Source: Sulfurospirillaceae bacterium
Lineage (GTDB): Bacteria; Campylobacterota; Campylobacteria; Campylobacterales; Sulfurospirillaceae
Assembly (NCBI GenBank): GCA_033723415.1
Contig: JAWVXD010000001.1
Coordinates: forward strand, 224,001-288,000
Length of the DNA stretch: 64,000 nt
Direction: 5' to 3'
Position numbers and translations under genes: made by a program. The notes under the pieces were generated by a model that was not told where the DNA came from, ran no database searches, and worked only from the letters and a program-made list of their open reading frames with translations. Position 1 is the first letter of the stretch, and each line of letters opens with the position of its first letter. Below, in pieces: positions 20,871 through 29,791 of the stretch.

Positions 20871-22271
20871 ATGGATTTCTCATTTCTTGATAAACTCATA
20901 AGTTTTTTGATTGATTACAAAGAGATTGCATATACGGTACTGTTCTTTGGTTCAATGTTTGAAACTATCATCGGATTTTCATTTTTTATTTATGGAGAAT
21001 TGTTCTTCTTAGCAGGAAGTATTATGGCAGGTATGGGTATTTTAAATATCTGGGAAGTTATAATAGTCCTGTATGTCGGAGGGATATTAGGAGATAGCAC
21101 AAGCTATTTTTTGGGAGTAAAATATGGACTTAATGTTTACAATAAATTTAAGAATGTTAAATTTTTAAATCGTTTTATAAATGAAAAAAATTATGATAAA
21201 GGTGTGAAGTTTTTTCAAAAAAGAGGTGCTATGAGTCTGTTCTTTGCCAGACTTTTGGGACCTATTTCTTGGATCACTCCATTTATCGCGGGTATTTACA
21301 AACTCGATTATAAAAAATTCTTACTTTACAATATCCCAGGTGTTATCATAGGAATAGGGCAATTTATAATAATAGGCTATTTTTTTGGTAGACATTTCGA
21401 TCTGGTTCTTAAAATTTTCTCAACTTATATCCTGATCGTTGCATTTGTATTGATATGCATCATATTTTTATACTATTACCTCAAGAAGAGAAAGCTTTTA
21501 AGTCAAATAAAACAGATTTTTATAGAAGATCGAAAACGAATTATTAGTTTTATTGCCAAAAATTTCTTCTTGACAAGTGCAGTTTTATTGTTGATCTATC
21601 TACTCTTTTTATTTTTTATTTTTTTCACGGATGCTGATAAAGAAGTGAAACCTATGCATCATCCTTTGCTTATCTCTATGAACATAAATCAATGTAAAAA
21701 TTTCCAACTTTACTATAAAACCGACAAAAAAAATATTATCCAGCCTATCAATGTAATATTGGAGACAAATCTAGGACCTTCTGACATATTTGATAAAAAT
21801 TGGATCAAAAATAAGATATTTGATATCAACGATATATCATTTCTTGAATATATAAGATTGTTAAAAGAAAAAACACCTCCTATAAGTTCTCTTTATTTTG
21901 ATGGATATCCGCAAGATTATGCTTATCAATATAAATCAAATTCTATTCAAAAGAGGCAACACATAAGACTTTGGAGATTTGTAAAAAAGCCTTTTTATTA
22001 CGTCTATTATGCCTCAATAACATACGATGACGGATTGAGTTTTAATTTTTATAATTACTTCTACTCTCCGATTCACAGGATTGATAAAAATATTGACAAG
22101 AGTAGAGATTTCTTTTATAAATATATGCGGCAAAGAAAAGATTTGAATGTAACATGTAGTTATATACAAACACAATGCGCAATAAGCAAGATATTAAATA
22201 ATGATGAGCTTAGTGACGAACAACCGTATTATAGTGACGGGAAAGTATTGTTATGCAAGATTTCTAAATAG
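20871..22271 (+). CDS. DedA domain fused to LssY-like C-terminal domain
   Basis: N-terminal DedA (GELFFLAG, LGDSTSYFLG, ARLLGP); C-terminal QPINVI, PPISSLY..G.PQD.AYQ...RQHIRLW, HRIDKNIDKSRD. Confidence 0.8.
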   Translation: MDFSFLDKLISFLIDYKEIAYTVLFFGSMFETIIGFSFFIYGELFFLAGSIMAGMGILNIWEVIIVLYVGGILGDSTSYFLGVKYGLNVYNKFKNVKFLNRFINEKNYDKGVKFFQKRGAMSLFFARLLGPISWITPFIAGIYKLDYKKFLLYNIPGVIIGIGQFIIIGYFFGRHFDLVLKIFSTYILIVAFVLICIIFLYYYLKKRKLLSQIKQIFIEDRKRIISFIAKNFFLTSAVLLLIYLLFLFFIFFTDADKEVKPMHHPLLISMNINQCKNFQLYYKTDKKNIIQPINVILETNLGPSDIFDKNWIKNKIFDINDISFLEYIRLLKEKTPPISSLYFDGYPQDYAYQYKSNSIQKRQHIRLWRFVKKPFYYVYYASITYDDGLSFNFYNYFYSPIHRIDKNIDKSRDFFYKYMRQRKDLNVTCSYIQTQCAISKILNNDELSDEQPYYSDGKVLLCKISK

Positions 22272-22338
22272 TTTAGAATTTTTATTGTAAATATTTAGTT
22301 ATAATCGAAGGTATTGAAACCTTCTAGAAGGAATCGTC

Positions 22339-22938
22339 ATGAAAGATTTTATTTTAAAAATCACAGCAGCTAAATGGAACTACTATTTTAGCCTTGTTAC
22401 AGATGGCATGACAGGTCTTGTGTTTCTTATATTGAGTTTTCATTTTTCAGAAGACTTGTGGTCCAGTATCGCACTGTTTGTAGTTGGCGTTGTTTGTTTT
22501 ACTTTTATAGAATACGCAGTACACGCTTGGTTATTTCATAAAAATCATTTTCTAAAAGTATTTATAGAAGGACATGCGCATCATCATCAAAACCCTTTCA
22601 GCTATGATGCCATGCCTTTTTTTGTCTCCGCTCTTATGGGGCTCTTAGCAGTTGAATTACTTTCACACGTCATGCCACACCGTGATGCTTTTGCATTTAT
22701 AGGAGGTCTTGCTATGGGGTATTTTAACTATGGCTTAACACATCACATAATGCACAGAAAAGAATTTTCAAGCCCATATTATAAGTATCTACAAAAATTT
22801 CATTTTGTTCATCATAAAAAACCAAAGATGAATCATGGTATTACTACTGATATCTTTGATAGGATATTTGGCACCTATTACCAATGGAGTGAAGAAGACT
22901 TAAAGGGCATGGAAAAGCTCAAAAGAATCAAAAAATAG
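22339..22938 (+). CDS. Fatty acid hydroxylase / sterol desaturase family di-metal membrane enzyme
   Basis: His boxes EYAVHAWLFH, HAHHH, HHIMH, HFVHH; N.GIT....DRIFGT. Confidence 0.88.
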   Translation: MKDFILKITAAKWNYYFSLVTDGMTGLVFLILSFHFSEDLWSSIALFVVGVVCFTFIEYAVHAWLFHKNHFLKVFIEGHAHHHQNPFSYDAMPFFVSALMGLLAVELLSHVMPHRDAFAFIGGLAMGYFNYGLTHHIMHRKEFSSPYYKYLQKFHFVHHKKPKMNHGITTDIFDRIFGTYYQWSEEDLKGMEKLKRIKK

Positions 22939-22950
22939 CAAAGAAGCATT

Positions 22951-24084
22951 TTGAAAAATATCGATAAAAATATCATATACTTAGGTTGGGTCAGTTTTTT
23001 TACCGATATGGCTTCTAATATGGTTACAACACTTTTACCTATCTTTATCATCTATGTTTTACATGAAGGCGTCGATAAGCTTGGGATCATCATAGCGATA
23101 GCTACTTTCATATCCTATATCTTCAGGATAGTATTTGGTTACCTCAGCGATAGATTTCAGATCGTCAAGCCTTTTGTTGTTGCAGGTTATTTCATCTCTG
23201 CTATAGCTAAACCATTGATGGCATTTTCCGGCACGTATTTGGCAGTAGCAACTCTAAGAGGTGCAGAGAGGATGGGTAAAGCGATCCGTAGTGCCTCAAA
23301 AGATTCACTTATAAGCTCATACGCAAAAGAAAAAGCGGATGGTAAAACGTTTGGTTTTCACAAGATGATGGATATATCAGGAGAGTTATTTGGTGCTTTG
23401 ATCATCTTTGTCATTTTTATGTTCTTTGCAAAAAGCGAAGTTGCCATACGGGATATCTTTGCATTTACCTTGATCCCCGGACTCATGGCCACAATGATAG
23501 CTTATGTCTTAGTAAAAGACACTCCTTATAAACATAAATCCAAAAATATTGTTGTTAACAAAGAAGATTTGAAACTTTTACCGATTCTTTTTATATACTT
23601 TGGTTTTGTTTTCTTTGTGATGAGCGAGCAGTTTTTTATCTTAAAAGCAAAAGAGTTAGGATATGAACTCAGTACTATCTCCCTTTTTATAATGGTCTTT
23701 ACATTCACTCAAGCAGTCGTGAGCTACTACGGTGGAATCTTTAGCGACAAATTTGGGATTTATAAAAGTCTGGTAGCCTCTTTTATGTTTGCAATCTTAT
23801 CAATCATGACATTAGAAATAAATCTTTGGATTTCTTTTATATTTTTAGGTCTTTTTACTGTTATAAGCTTAAATGCCATTCGGGCGGATATATCCAAAAA
23901 TGCTATATCAAAAGGTTTTATTTACGGTATCTTTTACGCAGGCGTAGCTATCTTTAGTTCATTAGGAGCATTAATTGTAGGCTTTATCTGGAAGATCTAC
24001 GGATTTGATACGGTTGTAATATTTAGCGAAGCCGGAATGATTATTATGCTAATATTGTTAATGCTCTCAATAAAGAAAATTTAA
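22951..24084 (+). CDS. MFS transporter
   Basis: LGWVSFFTDMASNM, FGYLSDR, ERMGKAIR, GKTFGFHKMMD; many TM helices. Confidence 0.88.
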   Translation: MKNIDKNIIYLGWVSFFTDMASNMVTTLLPIFIIYVLHEGVDKLGIIIAIATFISYIFRIVFGYLSDRFQIVKPFVVAGYFISAIAKPLMAFSGTYLAVATLRGAERMGKAIRSASKDSLISSYAKEKADGKTFGFHKMMDISGELFGALIIFVIFMFFAKSEVAIRDIFAFTLIPGLMATMIAYVLVKDTPYKHKSKNIVVNKEDLKLLPILFIYFGFVFFVMSEQFFILKAKELGYELSTISLFIMVFTFTQAVVSYYGGIFSDKFGIYKSLVASFMFAILSIMTLEINLWISFIFLGLFTVISLNAIRADISKNAISKGFIYGIFYAGVAIFSSLGALIVGFIWKIYGFDTVVIFSEAGMIIMLILLMLSIKKI

Positions 24085-24116
24085 CATCTTTAATTTTAGT
24101 TTCGATAAAATACACA

Positions 24117-26333
24117 ATGAAAAAAAATTACAGGTATAAAATAGAAGGTATTGTCCAAGGGGTTGGATTTAGACCTTTTGTGTATCAGCTTGCTACTTCT
24201 TATTCTCTTTTCGGATATGTTTTAAATGATGCGATGGGCGTTTTGATAGAAGTTGAGGGAAAAGCAGAAGATTTAGAACTATTTGATGCAGATTTACGCA
24301 CAAAGATACCGCCTCTGGCAAGGATTGACTTTATCAGCCAAGAAGAAAAACCAAACTTCGGATACATACAATTTGAGATAAGAAAAAGCAGTGAAACTTT
24401 TACAAAACAGACACTGGTGTCTCCTGATATGTCGATTTGTGATGATTGTCTCAGAGAACTTAAGGATGAGACTAACTTTAGATATAACTATTTTTTTATA
24501 AATTGTACCAATTGTGGTCCAAGATACTCTATCATCAGAACTGTTCCTTATGACAGGGCCAATACTTCCATGAGCAAGTTTAAGATGTGTCCTGTTTGCG
24601 AGTGCGAGTACAAAGATCCGATGAACCGCAGATACCACGCGCAGCCGATCAGTTGTTCTAAGTGTGGTCCTGGGCTTTTTTTGAAAGATATAAAAGGCAA
24701 TCTATTAGCTAAGAACAATGATGCAATAGCAAAGTTGGCTATTTTAATCAAAGAGGGCAATATCGTTGCTATGAAAGGAATGGGCGGTTTTCACCTTATC
24801 TGTGATGCTACATGTGATGAGACTCTCATAGAACTTAGGAAAAGAAAAAACCGACCGAGTAAACCTTTTGCCGTCATGTTCAAAAATATCCAAGAAGTTG
24901 AAAAATACTGTGATACAACAGAGTTTGAGCGACATGCCATAACATCTCAACAACGACCTATCGTGCTTGTGAAAAAAGTAAAATCAGCAAGTACAGTGAG
25001 TGAACATGTCGCGCCGCATATAGATAGACTTGGAGTGTTTCTACCATATACGCCGCTTCATGTATTGTTACTTGAAAAATTGGATTTTCCTATTGTCGCT
25101 ACTAGTGCGAATAGATCAGGCGAGCCGATACTCACAAATGAGCGCGATTTAAACGATTCACTAAGCGGAGTGATTGATTACTATCTGGATTATAACAGAG
25201 AGATCGTCAATTCAAGTGATGACAGCGTGCTGCAGATGATCGGCGGCAAGCAGCTCATGATGAGAGCATCGCGTGGTTTTACACCGACGAGTTTTAGATA
25301 TAAATCACATGACAAACATATACTAGCAGTAGGAGCGCATCAAAAAAATGCTATAGCGATGTATCTCAACAATCAAGTGATATTCAGCCCTTACATCGGA
25401 GATCTAGAGAGTGTGAAGAGTTGCGAGTTTTTCGAAAGAACGCTTGAGGTGTTCAAGAGACTCTATAACTTCGATCCCACACTCATCATCTGTGATATGC
25501 ATCAAAACTACTTCAGTACACAGTGGGCAAAAAAACAAAACAAAGAAGTCAAACAAGTCCAACACCACTATGCACACATACTCGCTTGTATGTTTGAACA
25601 TGAGCTGGATAGAAAAGTTCTAGGCGTCGCATGGGATGGCACGGGTTATGGCGATGACGGGTCGATCTGGGGCGGAGAGTTTCTATTAAGTGATAGAGCA
25701 GGGTATGAGCGCGTAGCGCATTTTGAGCCATTTTCTCTTTTGGGAGGAGATAAGAGCGTCAAAGACATCAAAAGAGTGGCACTCTCTATGATCTTCGATG
25801 TTTCCAAAGATGAAGCATCGGAAGATTTTGGAGATTTTATAAAACTGTTCTCTAAAAGTGAACTCTCGATACTGCGCCAGATGCATCAAAAGAACATCCA
25901 CGCACCAAAATGCAGCTCAGTCGGCAGGATATTTGACGCAGTCGCCGTCTTTAGCGGAGTTTGCGAGAGTGTCACCTATGATGGAGAGAGCGGTTTGATA
26001 GTAGAGAGCTTATATGATGAGCGTATCAAAGATGCCTATGAGTTTTATCTAGATGATGATGTTATCCGCTACAAGCACATCTTTGCCCAAATGCAAAAAG
26101 ACAAAGATCCAAAAGTCATAGCCACCAAGTTTATCAATGCGTTGGTAGATATATTTTTCAAAGTCTCGGATCGCTATGATCTAGACATAGTCTTAGGGGG
26201 AGGCGTTTTCCAAAACCGAACGCTTTTAGAGAAGATCTTGGAAAAAGCTATAAAAGACAATATCTACTTTCCGAATAAACTCCCTATAAATGATAGTTCC
26301 ATTGCTATAGGTCAGTTGTATGGTTATTTGTAA
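24117..26333 (+). CDS. hypF: [NiFe]-hydrogenase maturation carbamoyltransferase HypF
   Basis: GIVQGVGFRPF, two CxxC..CxxC zinc fingers, RRYHAQP, QHHYAH, DGTGYG; TAAAAT-N5-ATG suggests a leaderless start. Confidence 0.97.
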   Translation: MKKNYRYKIEGIVQGVGFRPFVYQLATSYSLFGYVLNDAMGVLIEVEGKAEDLELFDADLRTKIPPLARIDFISQEEKPNFGYIQFEIRKSSETFTKQTLVSPDMSICDDCLRELKDETNFRYNYFFINCTNCGPRYSIIRTVPYDRANTSMSKFKMCPVCECEYKDPMNRRYHAQPISCSKCGPGLFLKDIKGNLLAKNNDAIAKLAILIKEGNIVAMKGMGGFHLICDATCDETLIELRKRKNRPSKPFAVMFKNIQEVEKYCDTTEFERHAITSQQRPIVLVKKVKSASTVSEHVAPHIDRLGVFLPYTPLHVLLLEKLDFPIVATSANRSGEPILTNERDLNDSLSGVIDYYLDYNREIVNSSDDSVLQMIGGKQLMMRASRGFTPTSFRYKSHDKHILAVGAHQKNAIAMYLNNQVIFSPYIGDLESVKSCEFFERTLEVFKRLYNFDPTLIICDMHQNYFSTQWAKKQNKEVKQVQHHYAHILACMFEHELDRKVLGVAWDGTGYGDDGSIWGGEFLLSDRAGYERVAHFEPFSLLGGDKSVKDIKRVALSMIFDVSKDEASEDFGDFIKLFSKSELSILRQMHQKNIHAPKCSSVGRIFDAVAVFSGVCESVTYDGESGLIVESLYDERIKDAYEFYLDDDVIRYKHIFAQMQKDKDPKVIATKFINALVDIFFKVSDRYDLDIVLGGGVFQNRTLLEKILEKAIKDNIYFPNKLPINDSSIAIGQLYGYL

Positions 26334-26365
26334 GTTAATATATAAAAAAGTACAGGAGTCGCGAA

Positions 26366-27019
26366 ATGCAATTTAACAAAAACCTAGTTTTACTAAGTTT
26401 GCTAATCTCATTCATGTTTAGTGGATGTGCAACATTTTTATCAGGAACCTATTCTCAAAAGGTTGATCCAAACTACAAGATCGCTCCACAGGACACGATC
26501 CTAGTGACAACAAATGAGAATGATCTTGACTCGAAATTTTATGTCAATTATGTTGCTAACGCGTTAAAAAATAAAGGTTTTTATAATGTCTATAGGTATA
26601 TCGATACTAAGTTACCACCGATACGGTACACTGTGGTCATACAAGTGTATCAAAAAACAAAAACGTACACATACAATAGCGCTGATTATGGATATAAATG
26701 GGATGGAACGGTTACCACGAAATGTACCAAACATGGAAATACCACGGAGTGTGTTAAAACAAGAAATAAAGTATATGGGATTATTGGTTACTCTAACAAG
26801 ATAGGGCATATAGACGGGCATTACTTTATCATGAATTGGTATGAAAATGTGAGTAAAGAAAAAATATTTTTTGCTGAGGGATCAACTACTCAAACCGATT
26901 GTACCAATGATAAACTATATCAATTTTTGATTGATGAAAGCATCAAAAGGATGAACTTTCAAAAGCCGATGGATGATAAATTTACAGTTCAAATGCCAGA
27001 AGGATATACCTGCCGATAA
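26366..27019 (+). CDS. Lipoprotein of unknown function
   Basis: Lipobox FMFSGC; four further Cys; no family recognised. Confidence 0.7.
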   Translation: MQFNKNLVLLSLLISFMFSGCATFLSGTYSQKVDPNYKIAPQDTILVTTNENDLDSKFYVNYVANALKNKGFYNVYRYIDTKLPPIRYTVVIQVYQKTKTYTYNSADYGYKWDGTVTTKCTKHGNTTECVKTRNKVYGIIGYSNKIGHIDGHYFIMNWYENVSKEKIFFAEGSTTQTDCTNDKLYQFLIDESIKRMNFQKPMDDKFTVQMPEGYTCR

Positions 27020-27165
27020 AGCAGGTTTTTTATAGAATCCTAAATGAAAAGTTGCGGAAATTGGGCTGTACTTCTACAGGATGTCATTAGTGCTTATATA
27101 AAGAATATGCTATAATAAATATACTATAAAGTACTAAAATATAATGACACCAAAAAGCGAGAAGC

Positions 27166-27981
27166 ATGAAAAGAACCATATCGGTAATAATTTTAATAGC
27201 TATGGCTATACCTATAGGATTTTTTTTCTATAGTCTTTACCAAGAGACGAACACTGCAAAACCAGATATTATATACAAAAAAATTACCAGTTTCAGTGAT
27301 ATTGATTTACTAAAAGGTAAGAGTGTTAAGCCAGTACTCTATACTTCTGTGATACCACTGGTTTCGCTTACTGTAGAAAAAAGAAAAGAGGCTTTTATCT
27401 CAATCATGTTACCTTCGATTTTATTGGCAAAACACAAGATCAAGATGCAGCGTGAGCATGTTGAAAGTATCTTGGCAAAAAGTACTCGAAGTGTTGAAGA
27501 CCAAAAGATCATAGACAAATTCAAAAAAGTTTTTAGCCTAAAAGATGCAACCCTGATTCCCAAGAAACTTGTAACGCACTCAACTAGCATCGTATTGGCT
27601 CAAGCTGCCATAGAAAGCGGCTGGGGAAGCTCAAGATTTTTTTTACAAGCCAATAATATCTTTGGTATGTGGTCGTTTAATCCCAAGGATGACCGTATAG
27701 CAGCAGGTGCCACAAGGGAAGGCAAAACCATCTATCTTAAAAAATATTTGAGTTTAGAGGGTTCTGTGTATGATTATTTTCAAACTCTCTCAAAAGTAGG
27801 CTCTTATGAAAAATTTAGAGAAGCAAGAAGGCAGACCGATAATCCGCTTGAACTCATAAAATACTTAGACAATTACTCGGAGCTTGGCGATGTGTATACG
27901 CAAAATCTTAAAACCGTGATAGAAAAGAATGATTTGCAAAAATATGATGATTACAAGCTGGCACTATCAAATGTACAATAA
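27166..27981 (+). CDS. Glucosaminidase (GH73, Bax-like) domain protein
   Basis: N-terminal anchor; RKEAFI, LAQAAIESGWGSSRF..ANNIFG, YSELG..Y. Confidence 0.87.
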   Translation: MKRTISVIILIAMAIPIGFFFYSLYQETNTAKPDIIYKKITSFSDIDLLKGKSVKPVLYTSVIPLVSLTVEKRKEAFISIMLPSILLAKHKIKMQREHVESILAKSTRSVEDQKIIDKFKKVFSLKDATLIPKKLVTHSTSIVLAQAAIESGWGSSRFFLQANNIFGMWSFNPKDDRIAAGATREGKTIYLKKYLSLEGSVYDYFQTLSKVGSYEKFREARRQTDNPLELIKYLDNYSELGDVYTQNLKTVIEKNDLQKYDDYKLALSNVQ

Positions 27982-27990
27982 GCTTGACTA

Positions 27991-28659
27991 TTACACATGT
28001 ATCGCAATATAAAGTCTCGCTAATATCTCTTTTTGTTCTTCTTTTGTATAGTTAAACTTAAACTCTATTTCTTTTAGGTAGTAGAAAAAATTCTCAGGTC
28101 TGATGCCTTTGTATTTCGTGATTGAGTCTTCAAAAAATATCCAGAACCTTGTGATGAGGTTGTCGATATTTTGGATCTTGGCGATCTTGTTGAACATCAT
28201 GAACTTTGAGAGTTCTTTGAAGTAGGATTTGTCGGCACCGTCTTCGAGAAAGTCATCTTTGTATTTGTTCAGATTTGGCATGGGCAGATTAAAGACTTTG
28301 TCTTCGTAGTGAAAAGTCAGGAAATTTTGTGCATCAAAGATATTTTTTTCTACTTTTTTTTTGCTTTGCTCAAGGTAGAGATACTCATCGTACTCTACAA
28401 CTTCTTTGTTCAAATACGCATCTTCGGCAAATTTTGCGACAAGCTTTCTAAAGTCATCATATCTGCTTTTGACTGTCATATAATTTACTCCAAGCGCAAT
28501 GCTCGTTTTGTGAGCACTGATTTCATCACAAAAAGATTCTATGATGCTATAATTGAGTTCAAGTTTTTTCGGGCTAAACTTCTTTCCGCATTTCGCACAT
28601 TTGAGTTGAGCGGTTTTGAGTTTGTAAAGTTTGTCGTGGCTGCAAAATATACATTTCAT
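27991..28659 (-). CDS. IS1595/IS1016-like transposase-derived protein, catalytic motif apparently degenerate
   Basis: Zn ribbon CIFC..CAKC, HTH-like segment, VVEYDEY, and C-terminal RFW....ITKYKGI....F..YLKEIEFKFN; intact ORF; no TIRs seen at the gene ends; TGATAAAAT-N5-ATG(28659) looks like a leaderless start. Confidence 0.72.
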   Translation of the reverse strand: MKCIFCSHDKLYKLKTAQLKCAKCGKKFSPKKLELNYSIIESFCDEISAHKTSIALGVNYMTVKSRYDDFRKLVAKFAEDAYLNKEVVEYDEYLYLEQSKKKVEKNIFDAQNFLTFHYEDKVFNLPMPNLNKYKDDFLEDGADKSYFKELSKFMMFNKIAKIQNIDNLITRFWIFFEDSITKYKGIRPENFFYYLKEIEFKFNYTKEEQKEILARLYIAIHV

Positions 28660-28741
28660 AAGTGATTTTATCATAATTTGTGCCAAAAACATATAAGAAA
28701 CTGATTTATTAATTATAGTTTTATATAAAAGTTATAGAATT

Positions 28742-28757
28742 GTGAATAATAATTCAC
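28742..28757. promoter_or_regulatory. Palindromic operator candidate upstream of nikM
   Basis: GTGAAT-aata-ATTCAC just downstream of a TAGAAT -10-like hexamer (28735-28740). Confidence 0.4.
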
Positions 28758-28762
28758 TATCT

Positions 28763-28842
28763 GAGTTTATAACCTGTTCATTTCTTAGAGGATAAATCCT
28801 CCCGATGGTCTGAGCCTCACGAAATGAACAGGTTATAAACTC
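28763..28842. repeat. 80-bp element bounded by a perfect 22-bp inverted repeat
   Basis: GAGTTTATAACCTGTTCATTTC (28763-28784) and GAAATGAACAGGTTATAAACTC (28821-28842); 36-nt core with a GAGGAT-AA-ATCCTC hairpin; TCT on both flanks. Confidence 0.9.
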
Positions 28843-28860
28843 TCTTGGGAAAGGAAAAAC

Positions 28861-29502
28861 ATGCATATAGCAGACGGCTATCTCTCTCCTGTGACTGTTA
28901 TCTCTTCATTTGTCATAGCAGTACCTTTTTGGATTTATGCATTTAGAAAACTAAAAGCAAAGATGAACGAAGAGACGATTCCTGTTTTAGGAGCATTAAG
29001 TGCTTTGAGCTTTGTGATCATGATGTTCAACATCCCTATACCTGGTGGCACTAGCGGTCATGCAGTCGGTGCTGCACTTATCGCGATTATCATAGGTCCC
29101 TGGGTATCTTTTATCTCTATTTCTTTGGTCTTGCTGATCCAAGCAGTTGTCTTTGGAGACGGCGGGATTTCTGCTTTAGCCGTAAACTCTTTGAGCATGG
29201 GCTTAGTGGGTTCTTTTGCGGGTTATTATCTGTTTAAATGGTTGAAAAATTATAAATTTGCTCCTTTTTTAGCGGGATATCTGTCTTTATTGATGGCTTC
29301 TGTGATTGTTGCTTTTGTTTTGGGCATCCAGCCGATGTTTTGGACACATAACGGTATTTCATTGTACTTTCCCTTTGGATTGAAAGTAACGCTTCCTATG
29401 ATGATTGGCGGACATTTACTTTTTGGCATAGCAGAGGGAATCTTCACTCAAGTTGTCTATGCTCTTTTGAAAAATGAGAAAGAGTGCGCTTATGAAATCT
29501 AA
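28861..29502 (+). CDS. nikM: ECF Ni/Co transporter substrate-binding component NikM/CbiM
   Basis: N-terminal MHIADGYLS, FNIPIPGGTSGH, GDGGI.AL..N; hyp context favours nickel. Confidence 0.9.
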   Translation: MHIADGYLSPVTVISSFVIAVPFWIYAFRKLKAKMNEETIPVLGALSALSFVIMMFNIPIPGGTSGHAVGAALIAIIIGPWVSFISISLVLLIQAVVFGDGGISALAVNSLSMGLVGSFAGYYLFKWLKNYKFAPFLAGYLSLLMASVIVAFVLGIQPMFWTHNGISLYFPFGLKVTLPMMIGGHLLFGIAEGIFTQVVYALLKNEKECAYEI

Positions 29503-29791
29503 ACTTTATAAGATATTGGCTGTTTTTGTTTTACTGGTGCCGCTTGGATTACTCACAAGCAATCCTGCTTGGGGCGAATGGGAAAACGAATACTATATCA
29601 AGGTTCTAGGATATCTTCCAAAAGGTATGGCTGAAGCAAGCGCTATTAAACCTCTATTGCCTGATTATTCTGCACAAGGTGGCAATGAAATACTTTGGTA
29701 TTATATCAGCGCAGGGATCGGTATCTTGTTGATTTTCTTGATCATGTATGCTATATCAAAGGTCAGTAAAAAAAATGTTGTTAAATCTTAG
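29492..29791 (+). CDS. nikN: ECF Ni transporter component NikN (PDGLE-like)
   Basis: PLGLL...PAWGEW, LLPDYS, two TM segments; start likely ATG 29492. Confidence 0.8.
   Translation: MKSKLYKILAVFVLLVPLGLLTSNPAWGEWENEYYIKVLGYLPKGMAEASAIKPLLPDYSAQGGNEILWYYISAGIGILLIFLIMYAISKVSKKNVVKS

Noticed and set aside
27991..28692. An active IS1595 insertion sequence
   Set aside because: No TIRs or target duplication bracket the gene and catalytic residues appear to be missing; reported as a transposase-derived CDS instead.
28763..28842. CRISPR repeat-spacer unit, or a cobalamin/NiCo riboswitch
   Set aside because: The repeats are inverted with only two copies and there are no cas genes; conserved riboswitch core sequences were not recognised.
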